Shown here: in pieces, positions 37,894 to 50,856 of the stretch
How positions within the stretch are numbered: the stretch's first letter is position 1
How the letters are laid out: each line of letters opens with the position of its first letter
Source: Octopus sinensis
Lineage: Eukaryota
Direction: 5' to 3'
DNA length: 64,000 nt
Assembly (NCBI RefSeq): GCF_006345805.1
Contig: NC_042997.1
Coordinates: forward strand, 191,890,001-191,954,000
Made by a program: the position numbers and the translations under genes
The notes under the pieces: model-generated
The model's input: only the letters and a program-made list of their open reading frames with translations
What the model was told of the DNA's origin: nothing
The model's database searches: none

Positions 37894-38305
37894 AGATCTT
37901 TTCGGTTTGAACGGCAGTTTTTTCTAGCAGTGTCATATGAAATTGTCACCCATAATTATGACCCTAGTATCGATCTATTGCATTTCAATCTGTTTTAGGG
38001 TTAGAGGTGGGGGGAAGGGTATCTTTTTTCTTCAGAAATGTAAATAAACCTAATCTGTTTCTTAAACGAGGGACATATTCATACGGCACAGAATGTTTTT
38101 ACCTTCAATAGACGTCATTGATTTGTTGAAATTGCAGAAATTGAAGAAAAAACAACAACAAATATCTTACAAACCATAGAATTTTCTCAATAAAGCCAAG
38201 AGAAAAAGATGTTTTATAAACACATTCTACCAGTATACGAAGTTTAAAAGTGTTTAGTTACGTGGAAACTATTTTAAAAAACTGCCGGTCAAATCGAAGA
38301 GATCC
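37894..38305 (+). mobile_element. GGATC-family element
   Basis: TIRs plus exact 8-bp TSD CAATAATG. Confidence 0.93.
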
Positions 38306-39229
38306 CAATAATGTTATTAATTTACATAAAACAGTTTCAAAATCTGTCTCATACAAAGGTGGAATAAATATGAAGAAAAACAAACAGAATTTCGTTGTTA
38401 CACCGACTTGTTATTCATTTACCCATTATCTTGTTTTATCTCCGTTGTTTTAGTTTCCTTCGCGTCCATTACAGATTATTTTGGCATTGAAACGAAAATG
38501 GTGATAACATTACGGAATATAAAACAGCTCAAGCTGGTCGTACCGATCAAGGTTGATACTGTACTTGCCTAATGGTTACTTATCTTGTCGTATGCATTGT
38601 GCTATGTCACTAATCTCAGCGATTCAATCCACGTAGCTATAAACTATACACCACACGATGAGTAGTTTATTACTGCAAGTAATGTCAATAGTGTTTAATT
38701 AACAAGCGTAGTTAGCGGCCGATATAATATCCTCAAGTGAAAAGAAGTTGCGATGTATCGGTTTTCCTATTCAGAAGTTCGTCCTAGCTTTCATAGAGTT
38801 AAGTCTATGAAAGCTAGGACTAGCTCCTGTATACTGCAGTCTGTATACAAGCATTAAAACACTGAAGCAGTAGTAAAAATAATTTGCAAGAGCATTTTTT
38901 TCTCACTATTGCCAAGTTCTTAAGATACGTTTACATTGCAATTATGTGGTTTTACGGTTCCATACCAACGCGTGGTACATTAGTTAAGTGTTTTTTTTTT
39001 TATAAATATCTTAGTCTCAGAACATTCTAAGATTTGGGGTGAAATTGGGTGAACGAAGCCCATTGGATCGGCTGCATATGTTCTTGGATGCTGGACTTCA
39101 TCGGTCGCTCGATTTAACACCATCAATTGACCTTTATTTCATTGGGCTGATGTGGAAAAAGTGATGTGTCCGTGACGTTTGTAGACCGATGTGGTCAAAG
39201 CGGTTAATAATTGAATAATTGCGAGATGG

Positions 39230-39682
39230 TGACTGCAGATGTCCAGAAAACCATCTTTATGAGGAGGAAGGATTGCAAATAGTGGATAGTGTAATGCTTT
39301 GGGGAGGTGCGACACCAGTGCAAAATCACCTCCCTCCGACAAGTCATCCTAACGAGACGTCTGCGTTGGCTGGGTCATGCCCTCCGTCGTCAACCTGGAG
39401 AATTCATCTACGAAGCAATTGCCCCAGCTCCCCTTCAAGGTTGGCGAAAGCGATGTGGTGGACAACGAAAAACCTGGTTGATGACAGTCAAGGCTGATCT
39501 GGAACCCAACCTAGCCCCCCCATGTCTACGGCGTTCGCCGCTGGAATAAGGAGTGGTTGGAGATCACGCGGTCGTTAGCCTCAAATCGCCAGGCCTGGTC
39601 GGCGTTTGTGAAAGATGCAGCACTGAGGATGAATGAAGCCAGCTCAACCCACCCCGGGTGAATGCTGTCTCAAGCAAGCAAG
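39230..39682 (+). mobile_element. RTE-clade LINE 3' end
   Basis: RRLRWLGHALRR...GGQRKTWLMTVKADLE...LASNRQAWSAFV, then CCGGGTGAATGC...CAAGCAAGCAAGT tail. Confidence 0.85.
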
Positions 39683-40566
39683 TTGGGGAGGTGCACACAG
39701 CTTGGATGACGAGAGGATGAGAGAGGAATGATTGTGGATTGCCTCAGGTTTGTTGGCAAGAAACTGGCTGATGGTAATCTACTTGGAACTTTAAACTCAA
39801 CAGCAGCGGTAGTACATCAATTTGTACATTCTAGCTAATACTATACAGAGAAAAGATAAAGATGGAGTAACGAAGACAGATGGCAGATAATGCCTTTCTC
39901 AAATCAAGTTAATATCTGGGAATTCACTTAAAGCAATCTATAAATAAATTCAATAATTACAGGCCACTAGAAGTTCAAGGGATTTTTTTGTAACACTACG
40001 TGTATCTCTGGATGTTGTTAACATTTAAGTATCCTTTTAAATGATGTATGTGCAAGTGTATATGAGTAAAAATGTATGCGTATAAACAAGTAAGCATATA
40101 CGCATGCGTGTGGACACCTATCCGGATGTGTATGCATGGATGTTGTTATTATATGTGTTTATATGAGCAGATCTGTATATTTCGACTTGTGCATGTATGT
40201 GTATGTATACATACGTTTGTGTGTCTAATACTTACATATCTTTGTGCATCTATACGTGTATGTTTGCTTAATTATGCCCAATCGTTAGAATGTTTTGCAT
40301 ATTTTCACAGCGCCTTTGATGGCTAGTATCTCTAATTTCCAAATTAGCTATGTATTTCTGTATTTAAGTACGTGGGCACATAGTACTTACGCGTGTGTGA
40401 ATGTGTGTGTGGTGTGTGTGTGTGTACTTCTCTTATTAATTTAGAGTATATTTTTACCGGCCACCTATTTGGTAGCAAGGTTGCGAAGGAAGCATCTTGC
40501 TTTTTTTCATCACCCTTTAAACCTTAAGTAGGTTTTGCAGATTTATATAGTCCCAGATAACGTGAC

Positions 40567-40975
40567 GGATTTTTTCGGTTTGAACGGCAGTTTTTTCTAG
40601 CGGTGTCATATGAAATTGTCACCCATAATTATGACCCTAGTATTGATCTATTGCATTTCAATCTGTTTTAGGGTTAGGGGTGGGGAAAGGATATCTTTTT
40701 TCTTCACAAATGTAAATAAACCCAATCTGTTTCTTAAACGAGGAACATTTTCATACGGCACAGAATGTTTTCACCTCAATAGACGTCATTGATTGGTTGA
40801 AATTGCAGAAATTGCAGAAAAAACAACGACAAATATCTTACAAACCATAAAATTTTCTCAATAAAGCCAAGAGAAAAAGATGGTTTATAAACACATTCTA
40901 CCAGTATACGAAGTTTAAAAGTGTTTAGTTACGTGGAAATTATTTAAAAAACTGCCGTTCAAACCGAAAAGATCC
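40567..40975 (+). mobile_element. GGATC-family element
   Basis: TIRs plus exact 8-bp TSD AACGTGAC. Confidence 0.94.
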
Positions 40976-41150
40976 AACGTGACAATTTGTAGTGTATGGA
41001 TTAAGGTTTGCGTTCTTTTCCCAGGATTCCAAGTTTAGCCATACTTTGTATGTATGTATGTATGTATGATTTTTCTTTGAGCTTAATTTAAGTTCTCGAG
41101 AAAGTTCAAGTTGGTTGCTAACAAAGCAACAATATTTTTGGATTTAATAG

Positions 41151-41328
41151 GCGCATGAGTGGCTGTGTGGTAAGTAGCTTGCTTACCAACCACTTGGTTC
41201 CGGGTTCAGTCCCACTGCTGGCACCTTGGGCAAGTGTCTTCTGCTATAGCCTCGGTTTGACCAAAGCCTTGTGAGTGGATTTGGTAGACGGAAACTGAAA
41301 GAAGCCCGTCGTATATATGTATATGTAC

Positions 41329-41411
<83 letters not shown>

Positions 41412-41625
41412 TGTGTGTCTGTGTTTGACCCCCCCCCCCCCAACATCACTTGACAACCGATGCTGGTGTATTTACGTCCCCGTAACTTAGCGGTTCGGCA
41501 AAAGAGACCAATAGAATAAGTACTAGGCTTACAAAGAATAAGTCCTGGGGTTGATTTGCTCGACTAAAGGCGGTGCTCCAGCATGGCCGCAGTCAAATGA
41601 CTGAAACAAGTAAAAGAGTAAAAGA
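41151..41625 (+). mobile_element. SINE family B, full length
   Basis: Head, internal (TA)n(GT)n, 3' hairpin and GTAAAAGA tandem tail. Confidence 0.93.
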
Positions 41626-41723
41626 GAAAGTTCCCGGTGTTTGTAAATCTGTGGTTCAGTTGATACGTTGGTTGAACTGTCCATGTATACACCCAAGTGT
41701 GTGCATCTATCCACATAAGAATC

Positions 41724-42088
41724 TCACATGGAGAATTTTTGGAAAGTCTTACAAATCTTCACTTTGCCTCTAATAAATTGGATCTGGAGAATCTGCGTTA
41801 GTTCCTTTTGCTTTTCCCCCACCCCCCGTGAAACCGAGAATTTTAAAGTTTTATGAAAATTTGTTGGTGCATAAACTAACGCACCCATGATGATAGGTAC
41901 AAACGAGAATTCATAGCTAGGATACAAGAGCTGTAAACTCCGCATTAATTTGTCATAAATGTTCTCTTTTTCCCAGGACTTTTGATTGCACATTTACATC
42001 CAACGGGCAGCTGATCTCTACAACAATGCATAACTTTTGTTCCCTGTCCCTCACAGAACAATATCAGGTCTGTTATGTTTGCACCGAA
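41724..42088 (-). mobile_element. RLE-type LINE C-terminal fragment (R4/NeSL-like)
   Basis: KHNRPDIVL...CIVVEISCPLDVN...EKENIYD...FVPIIMGAL...GKVKICKTFQKF; restriction-like endonuclease PD..(D/E) motif. Confidence 0.75.
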
Positions 42089-42262
42089 TTGACGGCGAGC
42101 TGGCAGAAACGTTAGCACGCTGGGCGAAATGCTTAGCGGTATTTCGTTTGCCGTTACGCTCTGAGTTCAAATTCTGCCGAGGTCGACACACTCTGTACGA
42201 TAACGTTGCACAAGGTTGAATCGTAGTGACATCGATGAAACTGATAGTTGAGACAGTAAATA

Positions 42263-42470
42263 AAGGGCTGGACAAAATAATGGAAATAGCTTATTAATTG
42301 GAAGTTTTATAATTAGATACGGAAATGGCCCATCTTCGGCATCAATCACAGCTTTAATGCGTCGAGAAATTGATTCGTACAGATTCTGAACAGTTATCAG
42401 AAGGAATTTTGTGCCATTTTTCAAGTAAAATCTGCTTTAGCTCTTTCAACGACGATAGCAAAGAGAATTG
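42263..42470 (-). pseudogene. Tc1-like transposase C-terminus and right TIR
   Basis: LKQILLEKWHKIP / LYESISRRIKAVIDAEDGPFPY then TTTTGTCCAGCCC. Confidence 0.75.
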
Positions 42471-42479
42471 GCTCTCTCA

Positions 42480-42887
42480 CTTGCTGCTCCAAAATGCATC
42501 AGAAATGCGGGCTAAAACTACGCGCCTTCACTAGTCAATTAAGGCGAGACAGTGTCACGTGACAACTTGCTGGGGCTGCCTGCTGGAGTCTATGCGGCAG
42601 GTATTTAAAGGGGAAAATTTTGACAAGACAGTCAGTCACCGGCTGACACACGCTGACGATACATCGAAGAGGCCAGGGAACAGAAGAAAGAAGACATGCA
42701 CCCAACACCAGAGCTGAAGACACCTCCGAAGGGGGGGGGCACGTCAAAACGGTAGAGGAGTAGGGGCCGAAACCGAACGTGGTTCCTCCTGGTGGTGTCT
42801 TGAGCTAACTGGATCCTATAAAGTAGCTGTTGTGGTAGCAGACCACGAAACACGGTTGAAATTCCTCCTTGCTGCTCCAAAATGCAT
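42480..42887 (+). mobile_element. 388-bp unit bounded by a 20-bp direct repeat, Penelope pseudo-LTR-like
   Basis: CTTGCTGCTCCAAAATGCAT at 42480 and 42868; degenerate CTGAAGA/GAAAC hammerhead-like words inside. Confidence 0.45.
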
Positions 42888-43301
42888 TATAAAAGTTCGA
42901 TTTTTTTAAATGAAATTCGGTGACTGTGAGGGCCAATCGAAGCGATCCACTCCGTTTTTCTGCTCTTCGTACCTGTTTTAAATAACATTAGTCTTGTGAA
43001 TTAATGTTGTTTGTATTGTACCAGTGTTGCTCGGATGGTTTGCGGAAGCTGCGTATAATGGTTTAATAAAACCAAGCAAACATGTAAACACGATTTATTA
43101 TCGCCGCACAAGTCACATGAAGCTAGTCATGCATTACAAATACACACGTAGAATCAGCAGGAAGAAAGAAATATATTACCGCATGCAAAGTAGCTGAATA
43201 TCAAATTTTACCACAAGAGCTGGATCAAACACAAGGGATATAAACTTACTCGGAAATGGATGCGTCGCGTTCAATTAAATAATAATAAATAATAGATAAT
43301 A

Positions 43302-43335
<34 letters not shown>

Positions 43336-43338
<3 letters not shown>

Positions 43339-45304
43339 TAGTTTTATTTTTATAGCGTGCTTTCACTTCACTACCGAGCGCAGCTCTGTGTGCCTTGGGT
43401 ATGTGCTGTGATTTGTTGTGATGCTCTGATGGTTATTGTATGGAAAGTGTTCTGCGTAGGATGTGTGCAGTGCCTAGTAGTGCAATTTTCTGTATGTTAT
43501 ATGTGTTTGTAAGTCCTGGTGTTTTTGTTATGTATTTGTCTGAATATTTTTTTATCATGCCTAATGCACCTACTATGATAGGAATTGTTTCTGTTTTCAG
43601 ATTCCACATTCTAGTTACCTCTATTTCCAGGTCTTTGTATTTTGAGTTTCTCCATTTCTTTTAGAGACACGTTGTCATCAGCCGGTATTGATACATCAAT
43701 TAGAAAGCATTTTTTTTCTTCATGGTCTCTGACAACTATATCTGGTCTGTTGGCCTTAATTTCTCTATCTGTGTGTATCGGCATATCCCAGAGTATGGTT
43801 GCTTTCTCGTTTTCTGTGACCTTTTCTGGTGTGTGCCTATACCATCTTTTTTCTGTTGTTATTCCATAATGTTGGCATAGCTTCCAATGTATGTAGGTTC
43901 CAACTCTGTCATGTCTGTGAATATATTCCTTCTTAGCCAGGACTGGGCAGCTAGAGATAATATGATTTATTGTTTCTTGTCCATCTCCACATATTCTGCA
44001 GTTACTTGTAATATTCTTTTCATTACATGTTTTTGGTAAATTCTGGTGGGGAGGCTTTGGTCTTGTGCTGCAATTAAAAATCCCTCTGTTTCTGCTTTGA
44101 GTCCTGAGCTTCTCAACCATTGCTGGGATTTTTCTTTGTCTATTTCTTTTGCGTTTAGTTTAGTGCAGTATTTACCATGAAGGGGCTTTTCTTGCCATCG
44201 TTTTATCATGGTCCGTTGCTGTTCTATTTTTAGTTTGGATTTCATTTGTTTTATAGCTTTTGTTGTTTCTTCATCTTCTTCTTCTTCTTCATGTTTATTA
44301 GGTGGTATGATTTCTTGTTTGTATTTGTCAGCTTCCTTAAATACTGAGAACAGTTTTTTGTTTTGCTCGTGTTTTGCCGCTATCTGGATCAGTTTTCCTT
44401 CCTTCTGAAGTAGATATTTTTGCAGTCCTATGGTGGTTATTTTATAGTAGTTTTCCAGCTGTATAAGGCCTCTACCACCTTCTATACGTTGTATATATAG
44501 TCTTTCTATGTCAGATTTTGGGTGATGCATCCTAGATCCTGTCATTATTTTTCTTGTTTTCCTATCTATTTTGGTCAGTTCATTTCGTGTCCAGTTAAGG
44601 ATATTGTAGCTGTAACTTATAACTGGGACAGCTAAAGTGTTGATACCTATTATCTTGTTTTTAGCATTGAGCTCTGTGTTTAGTATTGATCTAACTCGTC
44701 TATAATATTCTTTTTTTATTTTCTCTTTCATTTGTGTGTGTTGTGTCTTATCTAGTTCATGGATTCCTAAGTATTTGTAAGTTTGGCTTTGGTCTAATTC
44801 TTTTATTTCATTGGTTTTATCTAGTGTGATGTTGTTACTCTTAACTAGTTTTCCTCTTTTCATGGTTACTTTGGCGCATTTTTCTAATCCAAATTTCATA
44901 TCTATTTCTTTGGTAAATCCATGAACTGTCTTTAATAGTGTTTCCAGCTGTTTGTCATTTGCAGCGTATAGTTTTAGGTCATCCATATATAAAAGGTGGC
45001 TGATCGTTTTGCCGTAACATTTATATCCGCATTCAGTTCTATTTAGCATATCAGATAGAGGTGACAGTGCCAAGCAGAAAAGGAGTGGAGAGAGCGTGTC
45101 TCCCTGGAATATTCCTCTTCTAATGGGGATGTCTTTGGTTTTCATGAGTCCCTCTTTTGTTTGGAGGTGTAGGACTGTTTGCCATTTATTCATAGAGTGC
45201 TCTATGAATTTTATGATTGTTGGTGCTACTTTGTTAATGGCTAGTGTTTCGAGGATCCATGTGTGGGGGATGCTATCAAACGCCTTTTTGTAGTCAATCC
45301 AGGC

Positions 45305-45307
<3 letters not shown>
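43336..45307 (-). mobile_element. 5'-truncated R4/Dong-like non-LTR retrotransposon (RT, CCHC knuckle, RLE)
   Basis: AWIDYKKAFDS, RGIFQGDTLSPLLF, YMDDLK, CRICG..ETINHIISSC, ANRPDIVV...IDVSIP; two frameshifts; stop at 43433; about 97-nt 3' UTR; (TAA)n on both sides. Confidence 0.92.
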
Positions 45308-45370
<63 letters not shown>

Positions 45371-45377
45371 CATTATT
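45306..45377. repeat. (ATT)n microsatellite; partner tract at 43302-43335
   Basis: Direct reading; source of the poly-Ile start of ORF 43967-45373. Confidence 0.95.
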
Positions 45378-46870
45378 AAGTGTTAAGCGTTCAATGGCTC
45401 TTAACGTGACATCTTCGCCTGTTGAGGTAGGCTGTGAAGTAGAGACGAAGAATAAGAAGAAGCAACGACTCTATCAGCCGTAGTGGGACTATGAGAAGAC
45501 TCCACAATCCTGTCCGCTGAGGCGGCAATTTGGTCGATAGTACTTGTGTCAACCATATTAGCCAGTATCGTCTGGGAGCCGTGAGAAGAACAACTCCTTG
45601 ACGAACGAGCTGTCCTCAAGTGCGGCGTCGCTGAGTTCACGAATCCTCCGTTAAAAATCAGAAGGGGTCCTATCCCCAAGATGTTCATCCTGAAGTAGGG
45701 TGCGGAGCCGACTTTCCAATGACTTGGAGTTCCGTCTCAGAACTTCTGATTTGAAAGAATCATAGGAAGTGCATTGTGGAGGTTGGTGATGAGATCATTT
45801 ACGGTAGCAGCTAAAGAAGCAGGAATACCACTAGTCAGGATATATGTTTTCTGTTGTGAAGACTGTACGCCATTTGCAGCAAAATAAGAATCGAGTTGGG
45901 CAAACTACAGCTTCGCATCGCCTGCATATGCTGGAATAGCGGTAGTACTCATCGTAAAGATGCTTTTGTGACAGTGATGTGCAGCAGAAATTCACCGAAG
46001 ATGAAATGATCAGAAAGAACGGGTGAGGCGGAACATTAACTCACACACACAACCTTATGTAAGAGGAAGAAAGGCGAACGAAACGAAAAGCGAGCGTACT
46101 GCCGTTGGATTTGAATTCGAAATATATTAAAAATAATTATTCCGAAGGAGGCCGGGAACCAGATCTAGGTAATGAAAAGTGAAAATTACCTTTGAAATGG
46201 TAACAAGCAATGCTAGAGATGAAAAAGAGCTGGACAGCACGTGGTGTGAAGAAAAGGTAGATAGGTATCATTCCAGGTGTCGATATCAAAATTCCTTCAG
46301 ATATAATTTTTTCGTGTTCGCTTGTCGGGTCACGAATGTTGGATGTTGTCCAATGATACTAGTTAATTGTTCACAGACATCGAGATGCAGTGCAAAGCTG
46401 AAAAAAAAAACTATCACCCTCGGCCTTCCACCTGTCGAAGTAATACCACTGGCTCATGTACTGAAGCAAAGAATTTCAGACGCTTATTTCGTTTCATAAA
46501 TAATTTTATTTTTTGTCGGGATGTTTACACACAAAATGGTGGTGTTGTTAAAATGCAGAAAACATCTTTGAACAAAGTAACTTAGAGTATTGAATGTGCA
46601 CACACGCAAAATACAGTGCAGCTGTTATGGATCAAACATGGCGTATCATGAAAAATGCGAGTCGCAGGCGAAAAGGTAACTGCTCTGTTGTTGTAGTGGA
46701 AGCAAAACAATAGTTATATAATTAGAGGCGCCCTCAAGTGGACTAAATTAATTGTTCCAAAATTGTTGGGAACAAATTATAGTTTAAGGATGATAATCCG
46801 AATTTGTTCCATGATTCCAAACAAGGGAAATCACCCATTTTAAGCTACGATATTTTTCGTCATTGCTACA
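45378..46870 (-). mobile_element. Gypsy-type LTR retrotransposon remnant (putative 5' LTR, PBS, decayed gag)
   Basis: gag from 45952: PAYAGDAKL*FAQLDSYF...LLQDEHLGDRTPS...FFSRLP...IDQIAASADRIVE; PBS-like CGTGACCCGAC at 46324-46334 near tRNA-Trp TGGTGACCCCGAC; LTR boundaries (46337-46870) uncertain. Confidence 0.75.
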
Positions 46871-47672
46871 TATGGATCAAAACAGTTTGATTCAAATTCG
46901 TTGGTACTCTTGAGTTTCAAGCGCGATGCTAGTCTTCAGCCATTTTGAATTTGAATGACAGAAGTTGATTGTTATTACCGTAAGGTGGGCTGCGATTGGA
47001 CGAGGAAGGTCATGTGGTGTCGTGGTTTGATGTTGGTATTGATAACAGTTAGCTGGAAAATACTGCATGGTAAACAGGAAATCGACCGCGTGGTGGACAG
47101 GAAATCGGTCAGGTTGTTGGAGGGGAAGTAGGAAGGGGTGGTATGTGCAAGTATATAGTTGTATATGTGTGTGTGTAGATGCCTTCATATAGTTTTGCGT
47201 GCATGCCTGCATTGATGCGAGCGTGCGCATCTGTACATGGGTGTGCACGCGGGCGCCCCACATATATATAAACGAATCCATGCGCACGCACATATGTGTG
47301 TACGTGTGTATGTGTGTGTGTGTGGGGGGGGGGGTGCGTGCATGTGTGTGTGTGAGCTCGTGTTCGTTCATAAAGGTGAAACAAGGTGGGGAAAAATAGT
47401 ACTCGAATACCAGAGGTAGAGTAATATGCTTTATTATTAAAGCAGCAAAAACATTACAAATATATCACAAAAAACTGTTACTCGAAATACGCAATGTGGC
47501 AACACGTATTCGCGTCCTGCTACATTTGCATCTAATCATTTTGGAAGATTGCATTTTTATCAGTGAATAATAGTGTACTTTAGGATCGATATGATTAGCT
47601 AAAATACTCAGATAATCCTTGGCGTTAATTCTGCTGTGTAGAACAAACTAAAGGGCCCATAGAAAATCATTC

Positions 47673-48339
47673 AGTTCTTTACCTTTTGACCTACAGATTT
47701 AAAAAATAATTTTTTGTAACTAAACCTTTTCAAACTTCGGACACTGGTAGAATGTGTCATATAAAACATCTTTTACTCTTAGCATTTTTGAGAAAACTTA
47801 TATTTAGGAAGTTATTTCACGTTAAAGTCGTCCTATTTCGGTAATTTCAACCAATCAATGACGTGTATTCAGCTGAATAAAATTACTGCTGTTATTTGTC
47901 AACAACAACTTCCGGCGGTGTATATTTCGTTTGTCACTGTTATTTATGACAACCCTAACCCTAAAACCCTAACCCTAAAACCCTAACCCTAACCCTAACG
48001 CTAAAACCCTAACCCTAACCCTAAAACCTTAAAACCAGTACAAACGCACGAAAGATGTCTTAAATAACAGTGACAAACGAAAAATACACTGCCAATAGTT
48101 GTTGTTGACAAATAACGGCAGTAATTTTATTCAGCTGAATACACGTCACTGATTGGTTGAAATTACCGAAATAGGACTACTTTGACGTGAAATTACTTCG
48201 TAAATATTATAAGTTTTTCTCAAAAACGATAAGAGCAAAAGATGTTTTATATGACACATTCTACCAGTGTCCGAAGTTTGAAAGTGTTTAGTAACAAAAA
48301 AATTATTTTTTAAATCTGTAGGCCAAAAGGTAAAGATCC
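47673..48339. mobile_element. GGATC-family foldback element with telomeric core
   Basis: Inverted arms of about 280 bp, CCCTAA/CCCTAAAA array at 47951-48036, exact 8-bp TSD AATCATTC. Confidence 0.92.
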
Positions 48340-49889
48340 AATCATTCCTTTGAAAGTGATGTCCCAGCATGGCTGTAACCAGTTAAAGTGTGAATAAACA
48401 AAGAATGCCGAGGCGAGGATATCGCATCTGATTTAAATATTAAGATTCATTTACTTGCAATGGATACCTCGCGAAACAGCAAGTGGCGGTTTCTCTTAGA
48501 AATAAAGCACGTAAAGTAAATAGGTAAAAAGATTATAGATATCTAGCGCATGCGTATTGACTATGTAGCAAGAATATTTCCATTTGTATTCGTAGTTGTA
48601 AATGGGTGTTTTGTATGTATGTAAACATGAATTTATGTTTGTGTGACTACGAGGAAAACTTTGGCTTTTTATAATTAATGACCATTAAACATCTTATTCA
48701 TGAAGCTAGTTCTAGCAGTGACTCACAAGATACTAAACTCGCTCTCAGCTTGCCATAAAACTTTTAATTATATCCACCAACCAAAATATTTCATATTTTA
48801 TCTATTTTATTTTTCAAATGCAAGCTGATAAAAAGAAGAAAAAAAAGCCTGATAAATATTCTTCCCAGAGTTGAAAATGGATATTTATTAGTTCTGCCAG
48901 ATAGGAATTACCATAAGTAAGCTGTTCCCAGAGAAGCGAGTTAGAAGAACATCTTGAAATATAATGACTACTTCTAGCAGTTACCATGGTAACTTACTGC
49001 TTATTTGTATACGCAATAAGCTAGTGAAAATAAATACGTCTGCTGTGATGAGGTTTCGTGGCTTACATGGATTTTAACACCTGTAAATAAATAAATAAAC
49101 AATTAAAAAGAATAAAAATGAAATATAATTAAATTAAAAATGGTTTACTGGTTAACGGTTTGACTACTTTATACGCGCTAATAACCAACATATAACAGTG
49201 TAAGAATTTAACTTGCCGATAGCTCCTATCAAGTTAAAACTATATCGTATCTGACGTAACTCATTATTTCAGTAGCTCCTTGCATTTTTAATGAAATAGG
49301 TCAAAAGAGAGAATAGTTTTTTTCTTTTACTGATATGAAATAATTCATCTCAAAACGATTAGTACTGTTTGACTGCATCGTTTGGAAGCTAAAATATTAA
49401 GTAGCTAATTGTTGTTTCCAAGTCTGTCTAGTAATTATATGGAAACAGGTGGAACAACACACAAAAAGAACAGTCTTCGCTAAGACGGTTAACCGAAAAT
49501 GTAGATGGAGAAATGAACCACCTGTTACAGAAAAACAAAAGAATTTACGCCAACATTAAAATGGAGGGATGTGCAAGGAATATGTTCTCTTAATTTGGAT
49601 ACGATTCTTCATTAACTATACGAGACAAAAATAGAAAGAAAAAGGGAAAGAGGGAGAGAGGAGAATAATAACTGAAAAGGACAGAAAACATATAACAGGT
49701 TGTATTTTGTTTTTAAAGATCAGTAATGATTTCAGATCTGATTAGACTGACGTAGAATCAGACGAATGACGTATTAAACAGAATTTGTAGTAATTGAAAT
49801 CAGTCATTGCGTAACCATATCAAGCACCAGTGATTACAGCTGTGTATATATGTGTGTTTGAGTGTGTGTGTGTGTATAATATATATATA

Positions 49890-50052
49890 GGGGCAGGAGT
49901 GGCTGTGTGGTAAGAAGCTTGCTAACCAACCACGTGGTTCCGGGTTCAGTCCCACTGCATGGCACTTTGGGCAAGTGTCTTCTACTATAGACACGGGCCG
50001 ACCAAAGCCTTGTGAGTGGATTTGGTAGACGGAACCTGAAAAAGAAGCCCGT

Positions 50053-50115
<63 letters not shown>
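49890..50115 (+). mobile_element. SINE family B, 5' half ending in (TA)n
   Basis: Head sequence match; a 3' half lies at 50285-50425. Confidence 0.85.
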
Positions 50116-50118
<3 letters not shown>

Positions 50119-50425
50119 ATAAATGTAAAACAACACAAACTGGGACAAGAACGCAAAACATTTAGAAGACGATACAAAAAAACGGACGGGACATTCGAAG
50201 CCTTCGATCTTCAGTCAAAAACCGGATCATCTTCGCAATTTCAGACTATGATGCATTAGAGTTAATCTTCACTATATATATATAGCGAACTTAGCAGTTC
50301 GGCAAGAAGAGACTGATAGAATAAGTACTAGGCTTACAAAGAATAAGTTCTGGGGTCGATTTGTTCGACTAAAAGTAGTGCTTCAGCATGGCCGCAGTCA
50401 CATGACTGAAACAAGCAACAATAAA

Positions 50426-50469
<44 letters not shown>

Positions 50470-50573
50470 CAAAAGTAATTACCACCCCAGTCAAACTCAC
50501 ATGCCGATGGAAGACTTTAACCCCAAGGAAACTTCGAAAATCGCTGTCAGCAATATTTTTGCTTAAGAATAAA

Positions 50574-50611
<38 letters not shown>

Positions 50612-50856
50612 GACTGAACAACAGAAAAACGTTAATTTTGCTGATGATTCGCAATTCAGTTGTTTTGAACAGCCGTTTCAGCGGAACAAAAACATCTTCA
50701 TTTATAGAATTACGTAATTAACACATATAACCACATAAATTATTTAAATGTGACGTGCTACTCATCTCATCAGGAGAGAAAGTCGAAATAATACATGCAT
50801 TCATTAAACTCACACATTAACTCCGAAGTACTAAAGAAGCATGTTCACACAAAACA

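Noticed and set aside
47951-48036. True telomere or chromosome-fusion scar
   Set aside because: Short, degenerate, single-orientation array enclosed by transposon arms and an 8-bp TSD
50185-50215. Hammerhead at GACTGAAGATCGAAGGCTTCGAATGTC (minus strand)
   Set aside because: CTGAAGA is present but the GAAA core and helix geometry are not convincing
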